A DNA stretch of 64,000 bases from a virus (IMGVR_UViG_3300031867_004305:32001-96000); one strand, 5' to 3'. Numbered from the stretch's first letter, positions 30,125-40,587 are shown. Notes: generated by a model from the letters alone, not told the origin. Numbers and translations are program-made.

Positions 30125-30285
30125 TGTTGTTTATCTCCTTTGCTTTTGTTGTATATAGTATAACACACATCTATTCACTTGTCAATACCTTTTTGTGTTT
30201 TCTTTTGTAAAATCTATATTAAGCGTCTGGCCGGCCAGAAAGTTAGTTTAGACTAACTAACTGATCCAATAAAAAAAGATGGGGA

Positions 30286-30444
30286 TTATTCATCCCCATC
30301 AATCCAGCCCATCGCAAACTCATAGGCGATCTCAATGATCGTGTAATCGTTCGCGCGCTCGCACTCATTGAAGAAGTAGATCGTGGCAGGGTGTTCGAAA
30401 CCGAAAGCGCGAATCACGTTGTTTTTCATCTCATTGATCTTCAT
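30286..30444 (-). CDS. 52-aa hypothetical protein
   Basis: AAGGAGG SD, own promoter, terminator hairpin over the stop (MKINEMKNNVIRAFGFEHPATIYFF...). Confidence 0.65.
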   Translation of the reverse strand: MKINEMKNNVIRAFGFEHPATIYFFNECERANDYTIIEIAYEFAMGWIDGDE

Positions 30445-30539
30445 TATGGGTTCCTCCTTGCTTTTGATGTAATTATTTTACCACACGCCAAGACCTTTGT
30501 CAAGAGGTTTTGAAAAAATTTTTTTGTTAAGATTCGGGA

Positions 30540-30710
30540 CTACTCGATGTAGTCCCGAACCTCGTCGTTCGTCAGGTCCAGTTCCTCAGCGATGACTTCC
30601 ACCGCCTCATCGATCCAGAACAACTGTTCCTCAGCGGTCAGGTCCTCCCACGCGCCCATCAGATTCTCGTTGATGTAGGCATCCATCATGGTATTGATCT
30701 TGTTAGTCAT
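30540..30710 (-). CDS. 56-aa highly acidic protein
   Basis: MTNKINTMMDAYINENLMGAWEDLTAEEQLFWIDEAVEVIAEELDLTNDEVRDYIE; SD and promoter. Confidence 0.7.
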   Translation of the reverse strand: MTNKINTMMDAYINENLMGAWEDLTAEEQLFWIDEAVEVIAEELDLTNDEVRDYIE

Positions 30711-30884
30711 TGTGGTGTCCTCCTTGCTTTTGTTGTATTCATTATAACACCTATCCGGCTATTTGTCAATACCTTTTTTGTATTTTTCTTTGTAAAGTTT
30801 GTGTTAAGCCTCCGGCCGGCCCGCGCGAGTTAGTTTATGCTAACTAACTATTATATTAATAAAAAAAGAGGGCTTAAACCCTCT

Positions 30885-31031
30885 TTATGCTACATACCCT
30901 TCGATCATTGCGGCTACTTCATGTGCCCACATATAATCATTGTATGCGCCATAGAACCATTTTTCTCCATCAACAACACGGTAAACGATAAAGCGATAAT
31001 TGGTAGCGTAGGCAGGCATGTTGTTAATCAT
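30885..31031 (-). CDS. 48-aa protein (paralog of 31202-31318)
   Basis: FIVY...FYGAYND..WA.E.AAM shared with the neighbour; own promoter and terminator. Confidence 0.7.
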   Translation of the reverse strand: MINNMPAYATNYRFIVYRVVDGEKWFYGAYNDYMWAHEVAAMIEGYVA

Positions 31032-31201
31032 TTTGATTACCTCTCTCATTTGATGTATATATTATAGCATAAAGTATCGAGAATGTCAATACCCTTTTAA
31101 AAAATTTCTTTGTAAAATCTAAGTTAATGATCTGGCCGGCCAGAAAGTTAGTTATAACTAACTAACTATTAAAATATATAAAAAAGAAGGCTTTTCAGCC
31201 T

Positions 31202-31318
31202 TCAAGCAACTTTTCCGCCCACCATAGCAGCATATTCTTTAGCCCACTGCAGATCATCAAAAGCACCGTAAAAATACTTGATGCCCTTTTCCTCAACGTA
31301 TACGATGAACTTCTTCAT
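31202..31318 (-). CDS. 38-aa protein (paralog of 30885-31031)
   Basis: MKKFIVYVEEKGIKYFYGAFDDLQWAKEYAAMVGGKVA; AAGGAGG SD. Confidence 0.7.
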   Translation of the reverse strand: MKKFIVYVEEKGIKYFYGAFDDLQWAKEYAAMVGGKVA

Positions 31319-31489
31319 TGTTGTTTCCTCCTTGCTTTTGATGTATTTATTATAACATGCCTTTGTTATTTTGTCAATACCTTTTTGTGTTAATTGTGTA
31401 TTAACTTATTTATTTCCAGGATCGTGATTAGTTTAATTAAACTAACCGCTTTTCTGGCCTGCATAATGGGCCAGAACTTATTGATTCAT

Positions 31490-31629
31490 TACTTTATCAT
31501 AGTAAAGTGATTCAAATTTGCCCTACAGGCCAATTTTAGCGGGCCAGGCAACCGGCCGGTTTATTATTCGCGCGAAATCGCCTTAAAACGAAAATTTGAA
31601 TCACACTATCACTTTACCATAATAAAGTG
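31490..31629. repeat. Nested inverted repeat centred on AACCGGCCGGTT
   Basis: GTGATTCAAATTT (31507-31519) and AAATTTGAATCAC (31592-31604) share their dyad centre with the palindrome at 31550-31561. Confidence 0.75.
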
Positions 31630-32029
31630 ATAAATATAATGAACTGGCCGGACCAGTTAGTTTTGACTAACTAACTATTACAAAAATATTACAGCTTTAT
31701 GCGACTTTCTTTTGTGAGGGCGTTTTTAAGGGGTAAAACAACCGGCCGGTTTATTATACACGAAAAAAACGGCTCTACGCGGCGATACGAAAAAAATGCA
31801 CAAAAAGTTAAACCGAAATATTAATTCCAGGTTAAGAAACACTCTACGAAAACGATTTCCGCAGGCCAAATTAACATATCCATAACACTTTTTCTTAATC
31901 TTTTGTGCAATTTTTTTCAGTCGTAGGCCACGGGCATTTTGAACAAAAATTAAATATGAAATACTTTTGTAATAATTAAATAGTTTTGTAATAATCACTG
32001 GCCGGGAGTTTGACTATCTTTGACCTTTG

Positions 32030-32320
32030 ACTTTCATCATAGTAAAGTAGTAGCATAGTAGCATGGTAAAGTAATAGCATAGCATCATAATAAAGTGGCA
32101 CCATAGTAGTATAACATCATAGTAAAGTAGTAGTATGATAACATGATAGCATAGTAAAGTGATAATATAGCATCATAGTAAAGTGGTAGCATGGTAGTAT
32201 GATAAAGTGGTAGCATAGTAAAGTGGCAGTATGGTAAAGTGGCAACATAATAAAGTGATAGCATAGTAGCATAGTAAAGTGGCACCACTTTACCATGATA
32301 AAGTGGTAGTATAGTGATAA
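32030..32320 (+). repeat. Degenerate tandem repeat of CATAGTAAAGTGRYAG-like units
   Basis: About 10 or more TAAAGT-containing units plus CATAG fragments; the unit equals the right half of the CACTTTA-N6-TAAAGTG palindrome. Confidence 0.85.
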
Positions 32321-32660
32321 CAAGCCGGCCAGTTAGTTTAGACTAACTAACAAGAGTTAGTTATAACTAACTATGGGGTCCCCCGTATATTATACCACAT
32401 CAATGTTAACTGCGTATTATCCTCATATTAAAAGTATATGAAGTTTTTTGTTAAGAATAGGTTAAGAAATGATCCGGCCCGCGAGTTAGTTTAAACTAAC
32501 TAATCAACTGGTGGTTGCACAACCTGGAGTAGAATCAACCTGGAGTAGCAAATTCTACCATAGGTTGAATCTCACAACTTTACATGGATTTAATCAAAAA
32601 ATGCTTACCAGTTAACATTGATCTGTTATAATGTATACAGTTGAAAGAGAGGTGCTTGAA

Positions 32661-33128
32661 ATGAAGATGACCCGCGAAATTAACCTGACTTACACCTACG
32701 ACGCCACGCGTAAGGGAGCCAAGTACAGTATCAACGGAGGCGAAAGCTGGCTCAATGGTGGCGAGTTCGCGGAAGCTGTCGCCAAGGCACTCCACGGGCT
32801 GGATCCCCGGAAGGACGCTAACACCCGCTTCGACGAAGGCTCCGACGTGCCCGAGTTCCACGCGAGCGTCAAGAGCTCCAAGGCGAGCCTGACCAACATG
32901 AAGCTGGCTGACAGCTTCGAGGCAAGCCTGACTGCCTACTTCGAGCAGGTGGCAAGCTCCGAGTTCTGGTACGTGACTACCACCGACGAGCTGGCTACCA
33001 TCTACAAGATGAACGCCACGAAGTTCGAGCGGTTCCTGCGGAAGTTCGCTAAGCTCAACGAGCGTGGGGTCATCCGGATCGCGGCCACCAGCTCCAAGAT
33101 GCTGGCATGGTTGGACGCCAACGCCTAA
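32661..33128 (+). CDS. Small PD-(D/E)xK-like protein, related to 28524-28964
   Basis: NGGEFAE...GSDV...SVKSSKASL motif. Confidence 0.5.
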   Translation: MKMTREINLTYTYDATRKGAKYSINGGESWLNGGEFAEAVAKALHGLDPRKDANTRFDEGSDVPEFHASVKSSKASLTNMKLADSFEASLTAYFEQVASSEFWYVTTTDELATIYKMNATKFERFLRKFAKLNERGVIRIAATSSKMLAWLDANA

Positions 33129-33728
33129 CGGCGAGCGTCCAACCACCTGGCTGGGAAATTAACAAAACCTTAACTTGACAAGCTACGCCAGCTGTGATAT
33201 AATGAGTACAACGAAAGGCAAGGAGGAAATGAGAATGAAGATGTGGCTGGTTGACTACCGCGGCACCGACGGTGCCACCTACACCCGCAGGATGTCCTGC
33301 GAGGTCCTGGAGCTCCTGGAGGAGCTTGGGCCCCAATACGGGGTTGAGGTCTTGGGAGCTATTGAGCTTCCTTGACCTCAAGGTATAAAACGAAAGCAAT
33401 TAACCAAATACAAATTTCACTAAAACTTAACTTGACAACTGAATAAATCCATGATATAATAAGTCCATCAAAGGAAAGGAGAAAACAAAATGTTTGAGAT
33501 TTACAAGATCAGCACTGACAGGATTATCCTGTCTGGTCTCTCCCTGCGTGAGGCGCAGGCTCTCCGCCTGACTTGGGCGGATCGGGCGGACTTGATTGTC
33601 CGCCCCATGGCCTAACGGAGAGCATAGGCTCTCCGCTGGCCGGCCCGTTTATTAACAAACTCTTAACTTGACAATTCTCTTTTTAAGTATTATAATATAT
33701 ACAGAAAGTAAGGAAAGAGGTAATCAAA

Positions 33729-34100
33729 ATGTTGTTCGGACGTAAAAAGAGGATGCTTAAGCGTGAACGCGAAATGTATTGGGAGTGTTCTGGTGAATGG
33801 TACTTTCGCGTGGAATACCATGAGGATTTCGCTCCCACGCCTTCTTACATGTACTTTGAAAGTTTGCGAGACGCAGAATATTGGGCAAAGACTGATCGCC
33901 GTGCTTCTTTCATTCTGTGTGTAACTGACAGACAGGGCAACAGGATTATAACTGACTGGACTGGTTATACTGGTGCTGGTACTGTTAATATGTGGACTAA
34001 TATAATGGGGCGTCAAGTTCTTGACTTGCGAAAAGACCATAATGAGTTGTGGGTATCCAACAACAGTCCTCGTGCCAAAGAAGTAAAACAGGGATTGTAA
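33729..34100 (+). CDS. Hypothetical protein
   Basis: Own promoter at 33669, SD, hairpin at the stop. Confidence 0.7.
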   Translation: MLFGRKKRMLKREREMYWECSGEWYFRVEYHEDFAPTPSYMYFESLRDAEYWAKTDRRASFILCVTDRQGNRIITDWTGYTGAGTVNMWTNIMGRQVLDLRKDHNELWVSNNSPRAKEVKQGL

Positions 34101-34212
34101 AATCCCTGTTAATTTACTGGCCGGCCCGCAACTTAACATACTCTTAACACAAAACCTATTGACTTTCCTGGCTCAATGGTGTATACTAGTATCAGAAAGT
34201 GAGGGAAAGAAA

Positions 34213-34389
34213 ATGAAGTTTTTGATGATTCCTTATGTGTTAGTTGCTTGCCTGTTTGGTTTCTTTGGTATTCTCCATGCGAATGATGTTGATGAAAATG
34301 ACTACTTCAAAGTTAATTGGCGTATGATTGTTTTCCTTATTATGATGATGTTGTCACCCATTCCAGCTAAGATCTTTGGTTTGCTTTAA
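34213..34389 (+). CDS. Two-TM micro membrane protein
   Basis: VNW.MI...M..LSP..AKI.G.L shared with 29463-29627. Confidence 0.7.
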   Translation: MKFLMIPYVLVACLFGFFGILHANDVDENDYFKVNWRMIVFLIMMMLSPIPAKIFGLL

Positions 34390-34461
34390 CAAAAACTTAA
34401 CTTGACAACCACCAACCAATCTGCTATAATAAATACAGAAAGAGCGAAGGGAGTAATTCAA

Positions 34462-34713
34462 ATGAAGTTCTACATGGTCATGTGTCACAGAGGTCATTGC
34501 GGAGTGGGTCACAGCACTGAAATCAAGTTCGCAATCGCGGCGAACAATCTGCTCGAAGCGTGTGACAGGGCAAAGCGGATGCCGAGCGTGAAGCATACGC
34601 GAATGGCAATCTACGGCAAGGAAATCACCGAGGAAGAATATAGAGAGTATCGCTCCATTAGTGCTTACGAACGCTTCAATCAGAGCCAGCACAAATCTCA
34701 ACGCAGACGTTAA
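34462..34713 (+). CDS. Small His/Cys-containing basic protein
   Basis: Promoter at 34402, SD; CHRGHCG. Confidence 0.7.
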   Translation: MKFYMVMCHRGHCGVGHSTEIKFAIAANNLLEACDRAKRMPSVKHTRMAIYGKEITEEEYREYRSISAYERFNQSQHKSQRRR

Positions 34714-34836
34714 GTCTGCGTTAACTTTCTGGCCGGGCATCAACTTAACATAGAATTAACTTGACTTCTTACAAAATCTATGCTATACTATATACAACAA
34801 GTGAAGGAAACACTTTAAAACCAGGAAGGTAAGAAA

Positions 34837-35100
34837 ATGAAGAAGATTATTACTATTGCTTTGATTATCACTCTGTGCTTGACTCTCACCGCGTGCCAAA
34901 TTGGCAATCGCAAAATCGGTTTCGACACTACGCAAACTTTCCGTTGGGCTATTGTTCAATTGGGCAACGGTGAACTGATTGAAGGTTCTGTAGATTCTTG
35001 GCGAGACTTTGACAACTCTGACACTATTCAAGTTACTATTAATGGCATTACTTACTTAACTCACTATAGTAATGTCATCCTAACGACCGAGAAGCCTTAA
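34837..35100 (+). CDS. Lipoprotein
   Basis: Signal peptide with lipobox LTAC. Confidence 0.7.
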   Translation: MKKIITIALIITLCLTLTACQIGNRKIGFDTTQTFRWAIVQLGNGELIEGSVDSWRDFDNSDTIQVTINGITYLTHYSNVILTTEKP

Positions 35101-35197
35101 TAGCTTCTCGGTTATATTTATGTTAAATTCGCAGCCGGCCCGTGACTTAACAAACAATTAACTTGACTTCGCATCAAAAATATGCTATTATATATAT

Positions 35198-35370
35198 GTC
35201 GAAAGGAAAGAGGGAGTGATTCCATTGGGTTAGAGTAAGGGGCAACAGACCACTTGGCGGTGGAGAACTGACCTCACGATTACATGAAAACCGTTCCCCA
35301 TTAACCTTGGGCAAGTTAATGATGTTTGAAGCCTACCGCGAGAGACTGATCAACTCTCGCGGTTTGTTAT
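35198..35370 (+). ncRNA. Candidate structured ncRNA (~170 nt)
   Basis: Promoter TTGACT-17-TATTAT at 35163, no credible ORF, several stems, ends in terminator ACCGCGAGAG..CTCTCGCGGT-TTGTTATTT. Confidence 0.55.
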
Positions 35371-35900
35371 TTTAATGTTAATTTTCTGGCCGGCCAGAAA
35401 TGTTAATTCTATGTTAACTATCCTAAAAACACTTGACATTTTATTTTACTTATGATATAATAATTACAGAAAACAAACGAGAGGAGACATCCTAAAATGA
35501 CAAAGCACAATTTCATTTCTACATGGGAAGATCTGAGCGATCAGGAACAAGTTTACATGTGGTGGGAATATAACGCGGCGAACCCTAATGAGGAAATTTC
35601 ATTTTCTGAGTTCGATGAAATGATGGCGGGATTCACTTTCGAGTGAATCCCATTTCATTTTAATTTTTAATTTAATGTTAAGGTACTGGTCGGCCAGCGA
35701 GTTAGTCATAACTAACCCACCTCTTTTTTATTTATTATACCATTCCAATTTCATTTTCGCAAGCACAATAATGTTAATTTCATTTTAAATTTTCACCCGG
35801 CCCGAAATGTTAAATCCAGGTTAAATCATCCTTTAACCTCTTGACTTTTGCCGTCGCCTGCTGTATAATATATACAGAAAGAGGAAAGGAAGTAAACAAA

Positions 35901-36341
35901 ATGAAGCAGACGATCTGGTTTGACATGGACGGCACTATCGCGAACCTCTACGGCGTGGAAAATTGGCTCCCGATGCTGATTGACAGCAATCCCGCTCCCT
36001 ACAAGCTGGCGACTCCGCTGGTCAACATGAACAAGTTGGCGCGGACGCTGAACAAGCTCCAGCGAGCTGGCTACAAGCTCGGTATCATCAGCTGGCTGAG
36101 CAAGTCCAGCACTCCCGAATATGACAAAGCTGTGACCGCCGCGAAGCTATGGTGGCTCCGCAAGCACCTTAACTCGGTAAAGTGGGATGCGGTTAACATC
36201 GTCGCCTATGGTCGCAACAAATGGGACGTGTGCGGTGAAGGAATCCTGTTTGATGACGAAAAACCGAACCGTGACAATTGGGGCGGTGAAGCCTTCCACC
36301 CTGACGAAATGATGAAAGTTCTGTCGAGCCTGACCGCTTGA
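35901..36341 (+). CDS. HAD-superfamily phosphatase (5'(3')-nucleotidase-like)
   Basis: WFDMDGT motif I and ILFDD motif IV. Confidence 0.8.
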   Translation: MKQTIWFDMDGTIANLYGVENWLPMLIDSNPAPYKLATPLVNMNKLARTLNKLQRAGYKLGIISWLSKSSTPEYDKAVTAAKLWWLRKHLNSVKWDAVNIVAYGRNKWDVCGEGILFDDEKPNRDNWGGEAFHPDEMMKVLSSLTA

Positions 36342-36672
36342 CAGAACTTTAACATTCGGCCCAGCCCGCAATTTAACACATAATTAACTTGACTTCATAC
36401 ATAATTTTTGCTATACTATATACAGAAAGAGGGAATGAAAGATGAATGAACTTGATAACATTCGTGTGTGGATTATGCGTCAACCTGCTTCTCCCGCAAT
36501 TCGCACAATGCGACTTCACCTATTCGATCTCTATCGTTATGGCGAAGAATACGAAAAGATTTACCAAATGGTAGAAGAACTAACAAATAATTAACTTGAC
36601 ATCCTCTCCAAACTCTGCTATAATAAGTACATAAGAGAAGGAAAACTCTTCCAAACCAGAAAGGGAAACAAC

Positions 36673-36996
36673 ATGACTAAGATGGAGATTCGCACCAACG
36701 TTAAGACCGCCGTTGCCGAGCAGTTTACTGAGTTTTTCGCCAACGCAATCCAGATCGACGACTTCACCTATGTGATCCCGATGGGAACCGCTGAGGATAA
36801 TGGTCGTCCGCTGTTCGCCAAGGTTGAGATTTCCTGTCCCAACTGGTACGCGACCGCCAAGACTGAGCCCTTCAACATCGACGCCAAGGTGGAGGCGTAT
36901 AACGCCGAGCTTGCCGAGCGTGCGGAGAAGGCCGCGGAAAAGGTACGCAAGGCCGCGGAAAAGGAAGCCAAGCGTAAGGAGAAGGAAGGGGAGTAA
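36673..36996 (+). CDS. Paralog family A protein (Lys/Glu/Ala-rich helical tail)
   Basis: Aligns by eye with 37374, 41763 and 44547; shares the leader motif. Confidence 0.75.
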   Translation: MTKMEIRTNVKTAVAEQFTEFFANAIQIDDFTYVIPMGTAEDNGRPLFAKVEISCPNWYATAKTEPFNIDAKVEAYNAELAERAEKAAEKVRKAAEKEAKRKEKEGE

Positions 36997-37373
36997 CCCC
37001 TTCCTTCTTTTGTTATATCTGTGTTAAAAATCGGGCCGGGCTCCCGCTTAACATTTTCTTAATGAAAGAATGCGGGAAAGAAAATCAAAGCACCAAGAAT
37101 AATAATAGCAGTAGCTATATCAATAGTGATATTACGAGTATTAGTGTACATTTTTACAATGTCTTTCCACGTCAGACGATAGAACCACATCCGCACTTTG
37201 TAACCAGTAGTATTTCGCACATTTCGTTTCATATTGCTTACCTCACTTTCTATAAATAGTATAGCATATTTTATCCTTAAAAGCAATGACTTAAAGTTTT
37301 TTATATTATGACAAAATTATGCCAATCACCCGGCCCGGTTAGTCATAACTAACTGCCAATCAAAAAAGGAGGC

Positions 37374-37697
37374 TTACGCCTCCTCCTTCTTTGCCTTAGC
37401 CTTGGCTACCTTGGTAGCCTTTTCGGCATCCTTGATAGCCTTGGCATCAGCCTTGATCTTCTTCTCAGCTTCCCACTCTTCCGCGACCTCATAGGGGTCG
37501 AACGCCTTAGACACCTTGGTGTCCTTGTACGCCTTGGACTTGACGGTGACTTCCGTCCAAACTTCCTGACCGTCAACAGTCTGGAGGATGGCGAAAGACG
37601 CATCCGCGAACTTGACAGCCTCGTTCTCCATCAGGGCAGGCATGATAGCTTCGATGGTCATCTGACGAGCGGTGGACTTGATCTCATTAGCGTTCAT
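37374..37697 (-). CDS. Paralog family A protein
   Basis: As above; inverted cassette. Confidence 0.75.
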   Translation of the reverse strand: MNANEIKSTARQMTIEAIMPALMENEAVKFADASFAILQTVDGQEVWTEVTVKSKAYKDTKVSKAFDPYEVAEEWEAEKKIKADAKAIKDAEKATKVAKAKAKKEEA

Positions 37698-37948
37698 ATT
37701 ATTCCCTTTCTGGTTTTTGAGCCTTTTCCTTGGCTTCTGTAATTATTATAGCAGATTCAGCGACGCTTGTCAAGTTAATTCTTTATTAACTTTGGCTCTG
37801 TCCCCAGTGCCCAACTCACGCCGTCCTTACCTCTGCCCTTGGAACAATTATATTATAGCAGAATTTCCGCCAGGAGTCAAGCACTTTACAAAAACTTAAC
37901 AATCGCGGGCCGGCCAGAGAGTTAACATAGAAATAACAAAGAAACCGC

Positions 37949-38485
37949 TTACGCGGTTTCTTCATCTTCACATTCTTCAATGTAAGCATAATCTACAATC
38001 ACAGGTTGATGATGTCTAATGCCCCAATTCCAATCATGAAAATCAGTTAAACCAATACTTCTAATCCAACTCAATTCATCATAAGAGAGCATTTGTTCAA
38101 ATGTATATTTGTGACAATTAGGGCCTATTGCCTTGATACGCGGCATAATAGAAAAGATATAACCGCGATAGGTTATAAGCGTAGTTTCCGCGAACAGATA
38201 TTCATAACCAGCATCGCAAGCCATTTTATAAACCGCCGCTTCACGTTCACAGCCACCAATGTCCGCAACACATTCCGCATCATAATCCCACTTAATGACA
38301 TAATCAGAAGTAAGAAGGGCAATACGTGCGGAACCAGCTTCTGAAGAAACACGCCGCGAAGGATGATCGCAAATATAGCGACCTACTGCCTGTTTTACAT
38401 CCCATTCGGAAAACAGGTTATTTTCGATATAGGGAAAAATAGACTTCAAAAACTGGAAAGCACGAGTACGATAATCGGATTTCAT
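37949..38485 (-). CDS. Minimal protein kinase-like protein
   Basis: GSARIA, YVIK, CERE, DFHDWNWG and IVDY match kinase-fold motifs; paralog of 60578. Confidence 0.65.
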   Translation of the reverse strand: MKSDYRTRAFQFLKSIFPYIENNLFSEWDVKQAVGRYICDHPSRRVSSEAGSARIALLTSDYVIKWDYDAECVADIGGCEREAAVYKMACDAGYEYLFAETTLITYRGYIFSIMPRIKAIGPNCHKYTFEQMLSYDELSWIRSIGLTDFHDWNWGIRHHQPVIVDYAYIEECEDEETA

Positions 38486-38679
38486 TTTATTTGCTCCCTT
38501 CGCTTTTCTATATATAGTATATACCAGTATGCTTATAATGTCAAGTTAATTTTATGTTAAGTTTCGGGCCGGGTGATTGTTAATTTCATTTTAAGTTATT
38601 ACCCGGCCCGCCAATGTTAAATCCAGGTTAACTTTCCCATTAAGCACTTGACATTTCATTCAGATTCTGCTATACTATA

Positions 38680-38726
38680 TACAGTTGAGGGCGAGGGAAA
38701 CACTTCCCAAAACCCGAGACAACTTC
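38680..38726 (+). ncRNA. Candidate short ncRNA, module 1
   Basis: Promoter at 38649, no ORF before the next promoter, AGTTG/CAACT closing stem. Confidence 0.4.
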
Positions 38727-38773
38727 ACGAAATCTTAACTTGACAAGGTTGGGAAATCGTGATATAATGAGGA

Positions 38774-38903
38774 TGTTGAGAGGACAAGAGCCAACTTGAA
38801 TAAAAATGGCCACAAACAGACTGCCAAGTAGAGAACGGGATTTATGAGCGTACACCTTTGGTTAAGGCACTGTTATTGTCTCCCGAAATAAAAACTCTCA
38901 ACA
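38774..38903 (+). ncRNA. Candidate structured ncRNA (~130 nt), module 1
   Basis: Promoter at 38740; closing stem TGTTGAGAG/CTCTCAACA; inner GACAA/TTGTC, AACAG/CTGTT and TGCC/GGCA; possible pseudoknot CGGGA/TCCCG. Confidence 0.55.
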
Positions 38904-38993
38904 AACTCTTAACTTGACATTATACCAAATCTGTGGTATAATAAATACATCAAAGGGAAGGAAAACCCACCAAACCAGAAAGGACAAAACACT

Positions 38994-39329
38994 ATGAAGA
39001 AGAACACCATCACCGCTCTGTACAACTACTTCGTGAACTCCGACGACACCATCGACCTGTCCGCTGTGGTTGAGGACATTCGTGCTGAGTATGAGCGTAC
39101 CACCGCGAAGTCTCAGGAGAAGGCTAACGCCTACGATACCGCGAAGCCCATCGTGTTCGGCGTCATGACTGAGCCGATGACGGTCAAGGAGATTTTCGCC
39201 AAGTGCGAGAACGACCTGCCCGATGGCTTCACCTCGCACAAGATCCAATATGCTTTGCTGAACTACTGGTGCGACGAGGTTGCCAAGATTGACAACGGCA
39301 AGGCTCCCTTCACCTACATGGTGAAGTGA
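38994..39329 (+). CDS. Paralog family B protein (helical N-terminus, winged-helix-like C-terminus)
   Basis: MTVKEIF..C...LPDGFTSHKIQY.LL...DEV.K motif shared with 42528 and 43451. Confidence 0.75.
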   Translation: MKKNTITALYNYFVNSDDTIDLSAVVEDIRAEYERTTAKSQEKANAYDTAKPIVFGVMTEPMTVKEIFAKCENDLPDGFTSHKIQYALLNYWCDEVAKIDNGKAPFTYMVK

Positions 39330-39517
39330 GACTAAACCGCCCTTCGGGGCGGTTTTCTTTTACATTTCATTCTGTTAAGTTTTCGTTAATTTTCGGGCCG
39401 GGCGTGGAGTTAACAATCATTTAACTTGCCCGGCCGCGAGTTAACACAATCTTAACTTGACTTTTATTCCTGGCGAATGTATAATAGATACAGAAATTAG
39501 GAAAGGAACTAAACAAA

Positions 39518-40228
39518 ATGATTCTTAACATCACTGACCGTTACATTCTGATTCTGGACGTTGAAACCGCAAACGACACCATCGACGCTATTGTCTATGA
39601 CATTGGCTTCATGTTGGTTGACCTTTACACAAACGCAATCTGTGAGCAGGGTTCTTTCGTAATTCGTGACACTTTCGTTTATGAACGCGAACTCGTAAAG
39701 GTTGCCTACTACGGCGATAAGATTCCTGAATACGTCGCAGACATTCAGCAGGGAAAGCGTCAAATGATTGACTTTTTGACGGCAAGGCGTCATATTCTTA
39801 ACTTGATGGAAAAGTATGATTGCCATACGGTTGGGGCGTACAATTGTAACTTTGACCGCAACGCTCTTAACACAACTCTCCGTTTCTTAACGAAATCTAA
39901 ATATCGCTACTTCTTCCCTTACTCTACTAATTTTGTGTGTATTTGGAATATGGCTTGCGATACCATCTGTCAGACAAGCGAATATAAAACGTTTGCCGAG
40001 ACTAACCGCCATTATTCCAATCATGGCAAAAATTATCGTGCCACCGCAGAGGTTGTTTACTCATTCTTAACAAATAACCCTGACTTCCACGAGGAACACA
40101 AAGGTTACGATGATGTTAAGATTGAAAAGGAAATTATGGAAAAGTGTCTGGAATATGACAAGAACTTTAAGGGAATAAAAAGAAACTGTTGGCAAAAAGT
40201 CAAACGGGGAGCACTCGCTCTCCGTTAA
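39518..40228 (+). CDS. DEDDh 3'-5' exonuclease
   Basis: LDVET, AYNCNFD and EEHKGYDD motifs. Confidence 0.85.
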   Translation: MILNITDRYILILDVETANDTIDAIVYDIGFMLVDLYTNAICEQGSFVIRDTFVYERELVKVAYYGDKIPEYVADIQQGKRQMIDFLTARRHILNLMEKYDCHTVGAYNCNFDRNALNTTLRFLTKSKYRYFFPYSTNFVCIWNMACDTICQTSEYKTFAETNRHYSNHGKNYRATAEVVYSFLTNNPDFHEEHKGYDDVKIEKEIMEKCLEYDKNFKGIKRNCWQKVKRGALALR

Positions 40229-40332
40229 TTTTATGTTAAGTTTCGGGCCGGCCGACCTTTACACAGAATTAACTTGACTTCTCTCTTGAATTTTGATATA
40301 CTATATATAGAAAAAGAAAGGAGATTTCAACT

Positions 40333-40587
40333 ATGACTGTTAAGGAATTGATTAAGGAACTCCAGAAAATGCCCGAAGATGCTGTTGTACTCGGCGATAT
40401 GTATCTTAATCAGTATTGCGTTATTGATACAGTTGAATATGATGACGCGACGAACACCATCTCGTTCTATGGCGAGGATACTTTTGAAGAACCTGACATT
40501 CCCGATGATGTAGACGAGACTAACTACGACCCCTACTGCGGTTGTGATATGTTTGAAATCTGCGGATCAATTGATGAGGAATGGTAA
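40333..40587 (+). CDS. Small acidic protein
   Basis: MTVKELIKEL start, Asp/Glu-rich, own promoter. Confidence 0.7.
   Translation: MTVKELIKELQKMPEDAVVLGDMYLNQYCVIDTVEYDDATNTISFYGEDTFEEPDIPDDVDETNYDPYCGCDMFEICGSIDEEW

Noticed and set aside
32085-32323. ORFs 32085-32288 and 32117-32323
   Set aside because: Repetitive Y/H/M/L translations of the tandem DNA repeat, with no SD or promoter
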